DNA of 63,489 bases, filler included, from Nemertoderma westbladi (GCA_032718475.1; 4 parts of 4 records of this genome joined end to end with filler, not necessarily neighbours in it); one strand, 5' to 3'. Shown: positions 41,749-55,556, counted from the whole stretch's first letter. Notes: a model not told the origin generated them from the letters alone. Numbers and translations are program-made.

Positions 41749-42891
41749 GTGGGGCCTTCGCGCAGCACGTGAAATGAGTTAATGCTAAGTATCAACTCGA
41801 AAGGATTATAAAAACATAGGAGAAGATTTTCCCGGAAAACGTTAACCCTCTAGCGGGAGACTGGGTAACTGAAGAAGGAAGGATTAGTTTCCCTACAACG
41901 CCACAGCCTATGGTCTATTACATATCTACCAAGTTTCCGATTGACGGATCATAAATAACGAAATGTTGGAAGGTTTTCACTTTCATACATTTAGCCCTCT
42001 AGCGGCATATTAAAGAACTACGGATCGATCACCTTCCTCACAAAGACGAGGCATGTGGTCTAGTACATACCGGTACTGTATATTCCAAAATTCAGCTTAA
42101 ATAGATTAAGATCAAGGAATTCGCGAAGGTTATCACTTTCCTACATTTCGCCCTCTAGCGGCAGACTCGAAAACTCCGGACCGATTACTGTCCACACAAA
42201 GACTTAGGATGTCTTCTAGTACATATATGACAAGTTTCAGCGTAATCAGATCATAAACAACTAAATGGAAGAATAATTTCACATTCGGGACATTTCGCCC
42301 TCTAGCGGCAGACTGGAGAACTGCAGACAGATTAGCCTCCTTTGAAATTTACAGCTAATGGTCTAGTACATACTTCCCAAGTTTCAGCTTAAACGGATTA
42401 AAAGCAAAGAAATGGGTGGCCATTTAATGTTTAGACATGTGGCCCTCTAGCGGGAGACTGGAAAACTTCGGACCGATTACAATCCACACAAAGACTCAGG
42501 ATGTCATCTAGTACATATATGACAAGTTTCAGCGTAATCAGATCATAAACAATTAAATGGAAGAATAATTTCACATTCGGGACATTTCGCCCTCTAGCGG
42601 CAGACTGGAGAACTGCAGACAGATTAGCCTCCTTTGAAATTTACAGCTAATGGTCTAGTACATACTTCCCAAGTTTCAGCTTAAACGGATTAAAAGCAAA
42701 GAAATGGGTGGCCATTTAATGTTTAGACATGTGGCCCTCTAGCGGGAGACCATTGCACTGATGGTGTCTGAAAGTCTCTCAAAAATCTCAACTTTTGCTC
42801 ATATTGATACCTACAAATTTTCAACTTGGCAGCTTTAAATCCGACAAAGTTATTAGCATGTCAAAATCGTAACGACGACGACGACGACGAC

Positions 42892-42923
<32 letters not shown>

Positions 42924-43016
42924 CAACGACGACGACGACAACTATTTGCATAAATTGACCCACCCCCTAACAGTGTCAATTCGCTAAGGCTCCGCCAACT
43001 TCGTGGCTCGCCCCAC
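41749..43016 (-). mobile_element. Helentron/DINE-1-like element with internal tandem repeats and (GAC)n microsatellite
   Basis: Same ends as 10334-11627 but inverted. Internal ~145-bp ccctctagcgg modules include a ~292-bp near-exact duplication. (GAC)n at 42872-42940. Confidence 0.65.
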
Positions 43017-43313
43017 AATACTGTAGTTGCGCCAGAATAGCAATAGAAATCTGCAAAATCTATTCTATATAATTAATCTGACAGCAAACCGTCCCATTCA
43101 ATCTCACAATCAATCATTCAATTGCAATTACAAATTTTGAAAAATAACCCGTAAGTGATGATTTATTTTTGAAAAATTCGTTGTAGCTTGTTCTATAACA
43201 AACTGAGGTTGGAGTGTATCACAGTAGGAGGGGACCGATTATTGTGTTTTATTCAAGTGTTTTATTCAAGATTAAAATTTTACTAATAATACTGTAATTA
43301 CAAACAAATTTAC

Positions 43314-44250
43314 AATGAATTTAGATAGTTCCACCGACTTTTTGCAAAGCTCTAGTGACGATGAAGAATCTTGGAATGAGGAAGAAGCACTTAGCATTCG
43401 ATGTGACGCACATTTCGTCCCCGAATCGGATTTCATGAAGTATTTCAGCGATTCCGGTTGACTGGCCAACAATTGAATAATCTCATCGAACGAATTGGAG
43501 CATATTTGAAGCACCCCACTGACCGTAACTATGCCCTGTCGTCGCGGCAACAGGTTCTCTTAGCTTAACGTTATTATTCAACTGGTGACAACATGCTGAC
43601 GATCGCTGATTCCAATCGACCATCGAATTCAACAGTCAGCCGCTGCGTGGCCAGAGTCACCAAAGTCATAGTGGAACAGCTGTTCACTGAATTTGTTGAC
43701 TGGCCCGAGGACAGTGCTGCCAGACTTAGCATGGCTCAGAAATTCCAGAATATTGCCCATTCCCAAATGGTATGTGGCTGTGCAGATGGAACACACATCC
43801 CAATAGTGGCACCCAGTGATTATGAGGATCAATTCGTAAACCGCCATAAGCAGCATTCCATCAAGGCGCTAATGGTTTGTGGGCCCGATTACAAGATATA
43901 CTACGTATCTGCTCGCTGGCCTGGAAAAGCCCACTATTCGCGGGTCTTGACTAACAGTAGTCTTGCGACTCGATTCAAGCAAAAGGTGGCGACCCTTTCC
44001 TGGTGCAGTAATTTTGGGCGATTCGGCATATTCAAGGTCTGACGGCTGATTCCTTGCCTTGCTTGATCCTTGGGATGCCTTGCCTTATCAACAGTACCTC
44101 CGATGCCGAGAATCGTTTCAATGTGCACCACAAGAGAATGCGTAGAATGATAAAGTGTACGTCTGGTATTTTGAAGAGCCGTTTTCAGTGTCTACGATAC
44201 CTTACGGTAAAGAATCCAGCCCCTTATTACCTTATTATCAATTACCGCAT
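43314..44250 (+). pseudogene. PIF/Harbinger (HARBI1-like DDE) transposase pseudogene
   Basis: STVSRCV..VT, GCADGTHIPI, FVNRH..HSI, SARWPG, ENRFNVHH..MR..I...GILKSRF.CL are spread over several frames, with stops. Confidence 0.9.
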
Positions 44251-45045
44251 AAACAAACTTGTAAAAGCTTCTGTGGGATATAACTGGCCCTTTTGCTTTG
44301 CAATCCAGTTTCCCCCCAGGCGCTGGAATACTCTAAAAAGCTCTCTAACTCGAATGATGCAAAGCGACCGGCTGATTGGCTGATTTGTTATACGAGGGGC
44401 TCTTTACTATGTTCTATCGGCCAACCAGAGCTATAGCAGCAGAGTATGCAACCAGGACAACCGAGCGGAGTGACTCATTTTGTGTGTTGGCCAAGGGCTG
44501 CAAAAATCCTGATAGTTCGGCATTTAGATATTCGTGGAACCTGTGGAATCTGGTGTTCTGCCAATGAGAGCTATTCCTCTCTGTGTAAAAAGATACCTGC
44601 AACGGTGTTAGAGTCAGAGAGTGTTTTTGTTACTGTTGTGTTGTAGCTATCTAGGCCAGTAACACCGGCTCTAGAGTCAATTTGTTTTCATACTTTAGAA
44701 GAAACATTAGTAGGCTTAAATTATAGAGCGTATAACTGTTATCGGTGCAACTCCGTTCAGTTTTGCATTATCGGTTCAACATACATTATTATACTGCTAT
44801 TTACTGTTGTGTTTTGGTTGAATATTATTTGGAGAACATTTATAAAGAACCCAAATTTCCCAATTTTCTTGATACACTACAGGTTAGAGAGACGGGATAT
44901 ATATAGCGATTGCGACTTATATTATTGTGTATGTAGTGAATTTAATGCTATTTGATAAGCACTACATTGGTCCGTTGCTGTTCTCTTTATATATGATAAA
45001 ATTCATTGACGGTCGGCAAATTAGTGAGCAGTATTGTGTGTTACT

Positions 45046-45145
45046 NNNNNNNNNNNNNNNNNNNNNNNNNNNNNNNNNNNNNNNNNNNNTTAATTAATTA
45101 ANNNNNNNNNNNNNNNNNNNNNNNNNNNNNNNNNNNNNNNNNNNN
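45046..45145. other. Artificial assembly spacer
   Basis: N44-TTAATTAATTAA-N44. Confidence 0.98.
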
Positions 45146-45179
45146 AAACGAATCAGTTATCCCACAAAAGCTTTTACAG

Positions 45180-45810
45180 TAGTTGGAGAATCGGGAAGCC
45201 TGGAAGGATCTCATTTCCACTGTCTGAGCTCTCTCGACCTAGTATTAGTTGGGGAATCGGGAAGCCTGGAAGGATCTCATATCCACTGCCCGAGCTCTCT
45301 CGACCTAGTAGTAGTTGGGGAATCGGGAAGCCTGGAAGGATCTCATTTCCACTGTCCATGTTCGCTCGACCTAGTAGTAGTTGGGGAATCGGGAAGCCTG
45401 GAAGGATCTCATTTCCACTGTCCGTGTTCGCTCGACCTAGTAGTAGTTGGAGAATCGGGAAGCCTGGAAGGATCTCATTTCCACTGACCGAGTTCGCTCG
45501 ACCTAGTAGTAGTTAGAGAATCGGGAAGTCTGGAAGGATCTCATTTCCACTGTCCATGTTCGCTCGACCTAGTAGTAGTTGGAGAATCGGGAAGCCTGGA
45601 AGGATCTCATTTCCACTGTCTGAGCTCTCTCGACCTAGTATTAGTTGGGGAATCGGGAAGCCTGGAAGGATCTCATATCCACTGCCCGAGCTCTCTCGAC
45701 CTAGTAGTAGTTGGGGAATCGGGAAGCCTGGGAGGATCTCATTTCCACTGCCCGAGCTCTCTCGACCTAGTAGTAGTTGGGGAATCGGGAAGGCTCGACT
45801 TAGTAGTAGC
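45180..45810 (+). repeat. 66-bp unit x ~9.5 equal to the 3' terminus of RTE family B, including its TAG tail
   Basis: Unit GGAGAATCGGGAAGCCTGGAAGGATCTCATTTCCACTGTCCGAGTTCGCTCGACC(TAG)3T matches 29511-29575. Confidence 0.96.
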
Positions 45811-45859
45811 AGTATAAAAAAGGTAGATTGTTTCCCAAATTGTGTTATGATTTTTTCAG

Positions 45860-46011
45860 GACTTCAATCTGCTGGTATTAAAACGGATCGGGTATCGAGT
45901 CTGGCATGCAAATTTATGATGTGGTACAATTGGGCGTCGAGTATCGCAGCTGTATACATTGTTGTTAATGTCAGTGTCGATAGATTCATTTATGTGAATT
46001 GGCCATTAAAG
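45860..46011 (+). CDS. Class A (rhodopsin-like, peptide-receptor-like) GPCR exon: ECL1-TM3-ICL2
   Basis: ttttcAG acceptor; LACKF ... VNVSVDRFIYVNWPLK (TM3 Cys and DRF motif); AAG|GTATAT donor. Confidence 0.85.
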
Positions 46012-47149
46012 GTATATATTATAATATATTTATATCTAATAATAATATAATAATATCTAATAATTAATTGAGTAAGAAACAATGAAGGCCTTTTAACTAA
46101 ATCATGTAAAGTACTACACAGACTCTCTTTCCCTGCTCTTCAATCCTGTCCAGGTCTTGTCTAACATGTTCAAACACGAGTTCGATGGAATTCAATATAT
46201 AAAATGAATTTAAACAAACATATGTTGTACACCGACTGGCATCATTCTGACCGGCATTCAACTAAATTTGTAAAAAGGCTTAACCCTATTAAACCCGGGG
46301 GGATGGGGGGGGTCAAGTCAATATGACCCCCCAGTGGTTTTTTTGTTATAACTCTGAAACAAACGTAGTTGGGAATCTGACGTTTTATGACTTTTCCTAA
46401 AAATCGTTTGTCTTCCTAATAGTGAAAACGGTTTTCGAAAATATTTGGAAGTTTTCGAGTTATAGCACTATTTTTAACCCTACTTTTGGCACTTTATTTT
46501 TGGTTTTTTGAAATTACATTTAATGAAATATGATTTGAAACATCTCTATTTTTTATTTACACCGGTTTTTTGGTGTTTGCAATTAGATGGAATTCATATA
46601 AATAAATTTAGAAATTTCTAACTTTTTCTTTTCGGCGGGTGCCAAATTTTGGTGCCAGCACCAAATTTTGAAATATGTCAATTTTGTAAATTGATTGTTT
46701 GAACCTGTTTTTGAGGAATATGGTTTTTTTTGGGTTTTGGTTTCAATGGAATATATGCGAGTTACACCAGGCGATTCAAACTTGTATTTTTCGGTGCTGT
46801 GTGCAAAATTTGGTGTCAGCCCAAAATTTTTAAAATCCATTCAATAGTTAAATTGCTTTTGACAACTTATTTCTCGCGTTTTATAGGTTTATGGCGGTTC
46901 TGAATTCAATGTAATAAATAATTATCTAACTAGACATCTCAAACTCGTATTTTTCGGAAGAGGGTGCAAAATTTGAAAACCATCAAATATATCAATTGAT
47001 AGTGTCACCTTGTTTCTTGCGTTATACGGGTTTGTGAGGGTTCTGAATTCAATGGAATAAGTAAAAATTTCATAACAATTTTCAAACTTGTATTTTTCGC
47101 CGGTGGGTGAAAATTGTTGTGCCAGCACCAAATTTTTGACAATAAGCAA

Positions 47150-47997
47150 ATTGATCAATCAATCAGCAGGTATTAACAGAAGATGTGTTTTAAAAGTAAT
47201 ATATTAAATATAGTTTAGGTGTGGAGGCGACCCAATTTGGAAGAAATAATAAAACTTAACTTATGCCGATAGTATTGATACTGAAATAGGAATTCACCAT
47301 GGTCAACGCCTCAACGAAATTATTTAGCTAATTATTCTGAAGAATCATGATTAAGCACTCGGCCAATCATTTTCCGAGATAAACAATAAGCAAGCTGGCT
47401 TATTTGTCTGGGACCTTACACTACTGCTGCCTGTCATATATATGTAATTGCCCATTGCTTGAGTCGGACAGGTTCCCAGCTAGGAAATAGCAAGCAGGCT
47501 ATGGAATGGGAGAGATGAAAGTATAGGGTGTGGAGAGATGGGGCATGTTATAAGTTAATTACGTTTAGATCAATTAAAAACACATTTCTTAAAGCAAATC
47601 ATTTGAAATAATTACAAACTATAATGGAATGGGGTATGGGGATTACAGCTGTATAATTTTTAAGTATAATTATAGTAGTAATTATACTAGAAAATAATAA
47701 ATTTCCATTAAAATTAATTAATTTCCATGCTGTTGTTTACCGTATTCAACTTAATTAACCATCTAACTGCTTTATGTTATTTTCTCGAAGGCCACACGCA
47801 AATTCAAATTGAAAAATTTCTAAACTTTGCCAAACAACGTTTGTACCAAGTTTGGTTGGATTTCAAGGATTGGCCGAGTTATTAACGTTCAATATTGGAC
47901 ACGATAGAACAACAGAATAACATAACAGAACGACAGGTTTATTAATGGTACCCCTACACTAACCCACTACACCCCTTAGTTCGTGGCTCTGCCCATG
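47150..47997 (-). mobile_element. Inverted diverged copy of the 10334-11627 element (left limit approximate)
   Basis: 47780-47997 is the reverse complement of about 10334-10570 (ttggccgagttattaacgtt, gaacgacaggtt..ttaatggtacc). Confidence 0.65.
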
Positions 47998-48987
47998 TGA
48001 AGAATACCAGATTTTTTTCTGCTGTTATATTTCACTTTGCAGTTTACCCCCATGTGAAGAATACCTACCTGGTTTTCACAAAAAACACAGGTTACAGAAG
48101 GGCTGAATCTAACCAAAACAATACACGAATTAGTATATGTACAGCAGTACAGGTTATAACCGAAGACAGGAATAATTTCTATAAAACACATAATAATTAT
48201 GAATTTAAAAAAATGCAAACTCTTCGGATAGTTCTTTTTACAGAACACAAGCGAACACACAAGAACACACCCGAACACACTCCAAAAACTGCCGAACACA
48301 ATTGCCCAATTGTGGGACTTGCCCCACAGACACACCGATTGAGTTAGTGGTACCCCTATGCTAAGCTCGATTACTTTCGTGCCCTCCCCCCCCCCCCCCC
48401 CCCAACCAAATATAAATGGCACAAAATATTACACATAACACTCAATGCTGGCCCAAACTGGGCTGGGCAGTAGCTGCTGTAAATGTGTATATTACGTTCT
48501 AGATGTCAATCAATGGAAACAGTTAGGCTAGTTGATTCACATAAATCACATACCGGTAAGGTTTCAATCACCACCAATTTATTTGAACACTGATTTAAAT
48601 TACATTTACTAATGGTATCTGGGACAATCAAATATCAGTTATTAAATAATTTATTATTGAATATGTTTTGTTTAGCTAAATAAATATAATAGTATTGAAG
48701 TAGAACGGCCACCTATTAGATAATCCTGTATATCTCTAACATTCGAGTTTCTTTAACACTAATTATGGGTCGGCGTTGGGAAAGACATTTGTCACACTTA
48801 TTGTACCAAATCTTCCCTTATTTCTCTGCTGTGATCTGTACGAACCCGTGACTTCTATAGGACCGAAAGTAAACATTTACTCATCAATTTCTCAATTCAA
48901 ATGTTTGTAAACAATAGATTTTATGTATTTCTAAGTAATATTCCAGAACAATGTATCACTGCTTATTTCCCTATAACTTTAATACAG

Positions 48988-49107
48988 GCGTTGAGTTATT
49001 GCACAAAGAAGAGAGCTATATACACATGCCTAGTTACATTTATTGGAGTATTTTTGATATCTACACCAGTTATATATGTATTTGATCTCGAATATGGACT
49101 TTGCCAG
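48988..49107 (+). CDS. GPCR exon: TM4-ECL2 (ALSYCTKKRAIYTCLVTFIGVFLISTPVIYVFDLEYGLCQ)
   Basis: tacAG acceptor and CAG|GTATGT donor, phase 0/0. CT.KRA, then TM4 Pro and the ECL2 Cys. Confidence 0.85.
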
Positions 49108-49980
49108 GTATGTAAAGCTGAGAAATTGTTTCTAAGAGTCTAAGAGTTGCTAAGATTTGTTTGTACTGTACCGGTGGTAATATATTTTTTTATTGATCCG
49201 TCTCACTATTGAATCTTTATTACTGCTAAAATTAAAAACTATGACAATCAAACAAGATCACATTAATACAGGAGCACCAAAGTCTACCGTATGATTTATC
49301 TACTGTTACTGAAAGCGGGACAAATAGGTAACTTGGGCTATTGTGCTGTGTCAATTACAGTTCCAACTTAAAATCACAATTTTAAGGTAGCCTCCTACTA
49401 CCTTAACTACACTGAAATCAACTTATCTCATGTTTTCATTATAGTCCTCGTGATAGGCCTACCCCCTACCAATTTAATTCCTTTAGAATTTGTTGAAGTT
49501 CATAAGATGCGATTCACCCAAACTCAAAATCCAACATGGCTTTATTAAATGCATTGTTGTATGTAAATTAATTTTATAATTTTTTTTCGTCAGCGATTTG
49601 AAATATATGAAAAGTAAAATGCGAAAGTTTGTTATTTTCGTAGTTTTCCGGCAAAAAGACAGCTATCCTTTTTGGTTCACATGGAAGCCCGGGCTTTTCT
49701 TTGCTTAAAATATATTCTTTTCATTATTTAGCTTAATTAATAATTTATTGTAACTTGTGGTCTGAGTCATTTAAAGGCCATACAGTACCGGTAGTTATAT
49801 ACTGAAATAAATAAAGGAAACGTTATGTACTGCAAGAGTTGAAGGAATACCACAAAATAATACACATAATTTGAACTTAGCTCCTTAAATATTTTAGGCA
49901 ATCGAACTTAATGTGGCACTTAGTAAAGTATGACCTGAATCATCTATCTAATGTGTATTTTCAGCATTGATTACCATCAA

Positions 49981-51433
49981 TATTTAAGGTGAGACTTACA
50001 GATAAGGCCGACCTAAAGTATTTAAGGTGAGACCTACAGATAAGGCCGAACTAAAGTATTTCAGGTGAGACTTAAAGATAAGGCCGACCTAAAGTATTTA
50101 AGGTGGGACTTACAGATAAGGCCGAACTAAAGTATTTAAGGTGAGACTTAAAGATAAGGCCGACCTAAAGTATTTAAGGTGAGACTTACAGATAAGGCCG
50201 AACTAAAGTATTTAAGGTGAGACTTACAGATAAGGCCGAACTAAAGTATTTAGGTGAGACTTACAGATAAGGCCGACCTAAAGTATTTAAGGTGGGACTT
50301 ACAGATAAGGCCGAACTAAAGTATTTAAGGTGAGACTTAAAGATAAGGCCGACCTAAAGTATTTAAGGTGAGACTTACAGATAAGGCCGAACTAAAGTAT
50401 TTAAGGTGAGACTTGAAGATAAGGCCGACCTAAAGTATTTAAGGTGGGACTTACAGATAAGGCCGAACTAAAGTATTTAAGGTGAGACTTAAAGATAAGG
50501 CCGACCTAAAGTATTTAAGGTGAGACTTACAGATAAGGCCGAACAAAAGTATTTAAGGTGAGACTTACAGATAAGGCCTAACTAAAGTATTTAAGGTGAG
50601 ACTTACAGATAAGGCCGAACTAAAGTATTTAGGTGAGACTTACAGATAAGGCCGAACTAAAGTATTTAAGGAGAGACTTACATATAAGGCCGACCTAAAG
50701 TATTTAAGGTGAGACTTTCAGATAAGGCCCACCTAAATAAAGTATTTAAGGTGAGACTTACATATAAGGCCGACATAAAGTATTTAAGGTGAGACTTACA
50801 GATAAGGCCGAACTAAAGTATTTAAGGTGGGACTTACAGATAAGGCCTAACTAAAGTATTTAAGGTGAGACTTACAGATAAGGCCGAACTAAAGTATTTA
50901 AGGTGGGACTTACAGATAAGGCCTAACTAAAGTATTTAAGGTGAGACTTACAGATAAGGCCGAACTAAAGTATTTAAGGTGAGACTTACAGATAAGGCTG
51001 AACTAAAGTATTTAAGGTGAGACTTACAGATAAGGCCTAACTAAAGTTTTTAAGGTGAGACTTACAGATAACGCCGAACTAAAGTATTTAAGGTGAGACT
51101 TACAGATAAGGCCGATCTAAAGTATTTAAGGTGAGACTAACATATAAGGCCGACCTAAAGTATTTAAGGTGAGACTTAAAGATAAGGCCGAACTAAAGTA
51201 TTTAAGGTGAGACTTACATATAAGGCCGAACTAAAGTATTTAAGGTGAGACTTACAGATAAGGCCGAACAAAAGTATTTAAGGTGAGACTTACAGATAAG
51301 GCCTAACTAAAGTTTTTAAGGTGAGACTTACAGATAAGGCCGAACTAAAGTATTTAAGGTGAGACTTACAGATAAGGCCGAACTAAAGTATTTAAGGTGA
51401 GACTTACATATAAGGCCGACCTAAAGTATTTAA
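49981..51433. repeat. 38-bp minisatellite x ~38; about 1.5 further units at 53115-53169, after the RTE
   Basis: AAAGTATTTAAGGTGAGACTTACAGATAAGGCCGAACT. Confidence 0.99.
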
Positions 51434-53114
51434 AGCCCACTTTGAAAAGCTCCTCAATAATGACAGGGTATTGCCTGATAACTTCATAGAAGTAAAAGTG
51501 TCTGAGTCTGTACTCCCAGATATTCCCATCGGCAATATCTCCTTTGCAGAAGTGAAGGCTGCTGCAAAGAGCATTAAGACCAATCGTGCCAGTGGAGTAG
51601 ATGGTGTTCCCCCTGAGGTCTTTAAAATACCTGAGTGTTTAAAGCTCATCTATCCCATCATAGTAGACATGTACCGAACAACAAGAGTCCCACAAGAAAT
51701 GAAAACAAATAAGTTGGTGCCAGTTCCCAAGAAGGGCAACCTAACACTCTATGGTTCTTTTCGGGGAATCTCATTGATCTCGATTGCTGCAAAGCTATAC
51801 AATAGGATTCTATTAAATCGCATCAGGGATCCCATTGAGAGACTGCTCCGTGGAAATCAGAATGGGTTCCGTAAAGGTCGTGGGACCATGGAGCCCATTT
51901 TGGCACTTAGAAGGATAATTGAAGAGTTATCAAAAAAGAAAGACAGGCATCTGGCTGTTATCTTTGTTGACTTCTTCAAGGCCTTTGATTCAGTCTCTCG
52001 CTCATGTATCTTCAGCATACTTTCATTATATGGGATTCCTGATGAAATTATTGCAGCTATCAGATCAGTATACGATGGTTCGACAACATTTGTGTCTACT
52101 GTTGACGGTGACACAGAACCATTTGAAGTGTTATGGGGCGTCCTCCAAGGAGACACACTTGCACCATTCTTGTTCATTATTGTGGTTGACTATGTTCTAC
52201 GCATGTCCCTAGATCATTATAATGATGATGGGGTGATGATAACTCCACCGACTGGCTCCAGAAGTCGAGGAAATCCTGCCAAGTACCTAACTGATCTAGA
52301 CTTTGCTGATGACTTAGGAGTACTCTCAGAATCATTAGAGGGAGCCCAACGGCTCCTCAGCTCATTAGAACATGCTGCTTCTAGTGTTGGTCTTTTTATT
52401 AACTCCAGAAAGACCAAAATTCTGACAGTTAACTTTGAAAGTCCTCAACAAGTCTCTGATCGGATGAGCATAAGCTCAAAGGATGGTATGCTTGAGCATG
52501 TAGACGACTTCTGTTACCTGGGATCATGGATCCGGAAGTCAGGTGAGGACCTTCGAATACGTAAGGGAAAGGCATGGGCAGCCTTAAATAGGCTTTCCAG
52601 GATTTGGAAGTCACCGAGAATTAATCGAAAACTTAAGGTCCGATTATTTAGAGCAGCAGTAGTTCCAGTACTCCTCTACGGGAGTCCATGCTGGGCTCTA
52701 ACTGCTGAGGACACCAAATCTCTGGATGGCACATTCACAAGAATGCTACGCCGGGTTCATTGTGTCAAGTACAATGCACACATCTCCAACCAGACACTAT
52801 ATAACATTGGAGGTGTCTCATTGGTTCCTCCAAGCTTGACACTAGAACAAAATCGCCTCCGCTTTGCAGGACATTGCTTTCGCCGTGAGGACCAGCCAGT
52901 TCATAATCTTGTACTTTGGCAGCCTCATGGAGTGAATAAGCATGGTGGACAGCCCATGACTTTCTTGAGACGCATCTTAAAGGACACTGGCCTTAAAGAT
53001 GCGGATGATCTAGCAAATGTCATGGGTGATAGGGAGTTGTGGCGGTGCAATTTTGTTGACAAGCCGGCACAGCATTCTTAAAAATGCAGCTGCAATGCAG
53101 CATGCCGATCCTAG
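51434..53114 (+). mobile_element. 5'-truncated RTE-type LINE (family A) with an uninterrupted RT ORF (51471-53081) and no endonuclease
   Basis: NQNGFR.GR, FVDFFKAFDSV, GVLQGDTLAPFLF, DLDFADDL, FCYLGS, RLRFAGH. TSD TAAAGTATTTAA at 51422-51433 and 53115-53126. Confidence 0.95.
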
Positions 53115-53229
53115 TAAAGTATTTAAGGTGAGGCTTAAAGATAAGGCCGAACTAAAGTATTTAAGGTGGCAGACACTTAGTTAAGTAGCGCCTTAAAACT
53201 ATAAGGTGGCACTTAAAATTGTGGACCAC

Positions 53230-54308
53230 CATGACCTACTATAGATACGACCCGCCAAGCTGCTGCAAAGCCCCTAAATTTAGTGGGCCAGTTTATTTCT
53301 CTTAGATAGAACCCGTGAAACATTACGTCTAGCGCGTCGAAAGTACTTGTCCATAACTAAAATTATATCCTCTTTCTGATGAGACAAATAAAAGTGAATA
53401 GCTCCAATAGTTTTCGAGATATGAGGAGTTCCTGACACCCATACCATTTCGGAACCTTTCGGAATTGATAAAATTACACAAAATACATCACCGTTCAAAG
53501 ACTTTGGTATAACCATTAAACCATACTTATGCTTTTTTGGTTTGTTGAATTCATTATTAGTAATCGAAAGTAAGATTAGAAGAAAAATTTTCATATTATT
53601 TTCAAATTATCAATATATACTAAAAGAGCACCAAAAGTGCAAGTAGCACTTATTTCAAACGTGGTAAATTGACCATACAGTTTGGCTACTGAGGTTTTAG
53701 AATGTGCTGATTTCATTGGGAAGGTTTATTCCTCTACATCCAACATATTGAAGAGTTGTGTAATATAACAACATAGGCATGTTGTTATATTAGTTATTAG
53801 TCAGTTATTTGTGCCCCCGGAGCGCGAAAAAAACAAGTAGTGGAAATATAATAATGAAAAATCACCACGAAAACAAATTGATTTTACGATCATGTGGTTT
53901 TTTTGAGATGCTAATCACGAATATGACATTTGAAAATATCGCACCTTGTTGAATAACATTTTGGGTTTTTTGGGATGCTGATCACGAATATGACACTCAT
54001 AAATATCGTATTATCTATCCAACCAAATTAGATTTTTTCCCTTTGAAATTTTATGCTACTTGCATTTTTCGTCCCACCAGACAAACACGAAAAACGATAG
54101 TTGCGTTACCACGAATTATTTTTAACGAGTTGTATCGTGATTAAATTTTTATTTGTCTCATCTGAAAGAGGACATAATTTTAATTAGGGACAAGTACTAT
54201 CGACGAGCTAGACCTATTTTTTCTCGGGTTTTATCTAAGAGAAATAATTGGCCCACTAAATTTTGGGGCTCTGCTGCAGTTTGCAGGTCGTATCTATAGT
54301 AGGTCATG
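53230..54308. mobile_element. Non-autonomous long-TIR element, P-element-like termini
   Basis: CATGACCTACTATAGATACGACC ... GGTCGTATCTATAGTAGGTCATG, with inverted similarity extending over 150 bp. 7-bp TSD GGACCAC. Confidence 0.8.
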
Positions 54309-54318
54309 GGACCACCTT

Positions 54319-55093
54319 GGCCCGGTTTCTCAAACTAAGTGCCCACTTATCCTAAAATGGCCACTTAATAATTTTAAATGCCCACTTTGTTAAATTGCCA
54401 CTTAGTTTAAGTTAAGTGTTGTTTCTCATAAAAAGATAATGAGCACTTAACTAAGTGGCCACTTTAATAATTTAAGGTCAAATTTATCCTAAACTGAAAG
54501 TTTAGTTCAGTAGGCCTAGTTTCATACCGGATTGAGTTTGATGTGGTTTACTCTCGATTTTCGTCAATGCCTATTTATAACTACTGGAACAAAAGTCATA
54601 ACATTACCGGCACAAAGCAAACTGCATTTTTTAAATTTACTTATGACTTAAGTTCCACCTTGGTGTAGTGGTTGCATTGAATTCACATCTCCCGTAGGTC
54701 GTGGGTTCGATCCTCACATGGGCCAGGGCAGTTTTCGTTTCGGCACGAATGCTTTAAAGGGACCAGCCAGGGCGCATCTCTCTCTGCCTTGCATCCTTAA
54801 GTGGTAGCTAAATGAGTACTGGAGTTTCCTCTGGGGAGTAAAGGCACTGGAAATAAGTCGTAATGTAATCCCTGGCCTAGCGGCCGAAGAAAATTTACTT
54901 TACTTTTTACTTTTTAAGTGGCATGATAAGGTACCTCCCAGGGTTACTTAAGTTCTCCCTTAAATGTGAAACTTTAAATGGTCATTTAACTTTTGAAAAA
55001 CTGCAAATACTGTAAATTTAAGGGGGCGCTTAGTAACAAAACACTTAGTTTATGCGCCCAATTTAAGTTAAGTGAGTTTTGAGAAACCGGGCC
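54319..55093. mobile_element. PIF/Harbinger-type MITE
   Basis: TIRs GGCCCGGTTTCTCAAA / TTTGAGAAACCGGGCC and a 3-bp TSD CTT. Confidence 0.85.
54652..54915 (+). mobile_element. tRNA-derived SINE (second copy), nested in the MITE
   Basis: Near-identical to 25240-25520 apart from two short deletions. Confidence 0.88.
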
Positions 55094-55556
55094 CTTATGT
55101 TTCTAAGGTGGCACTTACTAGTATGGATGTTGATTTTTAAGGCAACACTTACGACTTAAGTTGGACCTCAGCTAAGGTTGCTTTAAGCAACCGGCTCCAG
55201 GGGCCGGTTGCATATAACAACCTTAACTTTAAGTGGCTACTTAAAGTTAAGTTAAGGTTGGCTCAAATTTAAGTGGGTTGGATAAAATTTTATTGCAAAC
55301 TTCCAACTTAAAATCAAAATTTTAAGGTAGCCTCCTACATACCTTTACTATACTGAAATCAACTTATCTCATGTTTTAATTATAAAGGCTTTTGAGCAGG
55401 AAAGTGATAGGCCTACCAATTTAATTCCTTTTGAATTTTGTTGATGTTCATAAGATGCGATTCAGCCCAACTCAAAAACTCAAAGTCAAACATGGCTTTA
55501 TTATTAATCCATCGATATGTGTAAATTAATATTTTAATTTTTTTTGAGTTGAAATA

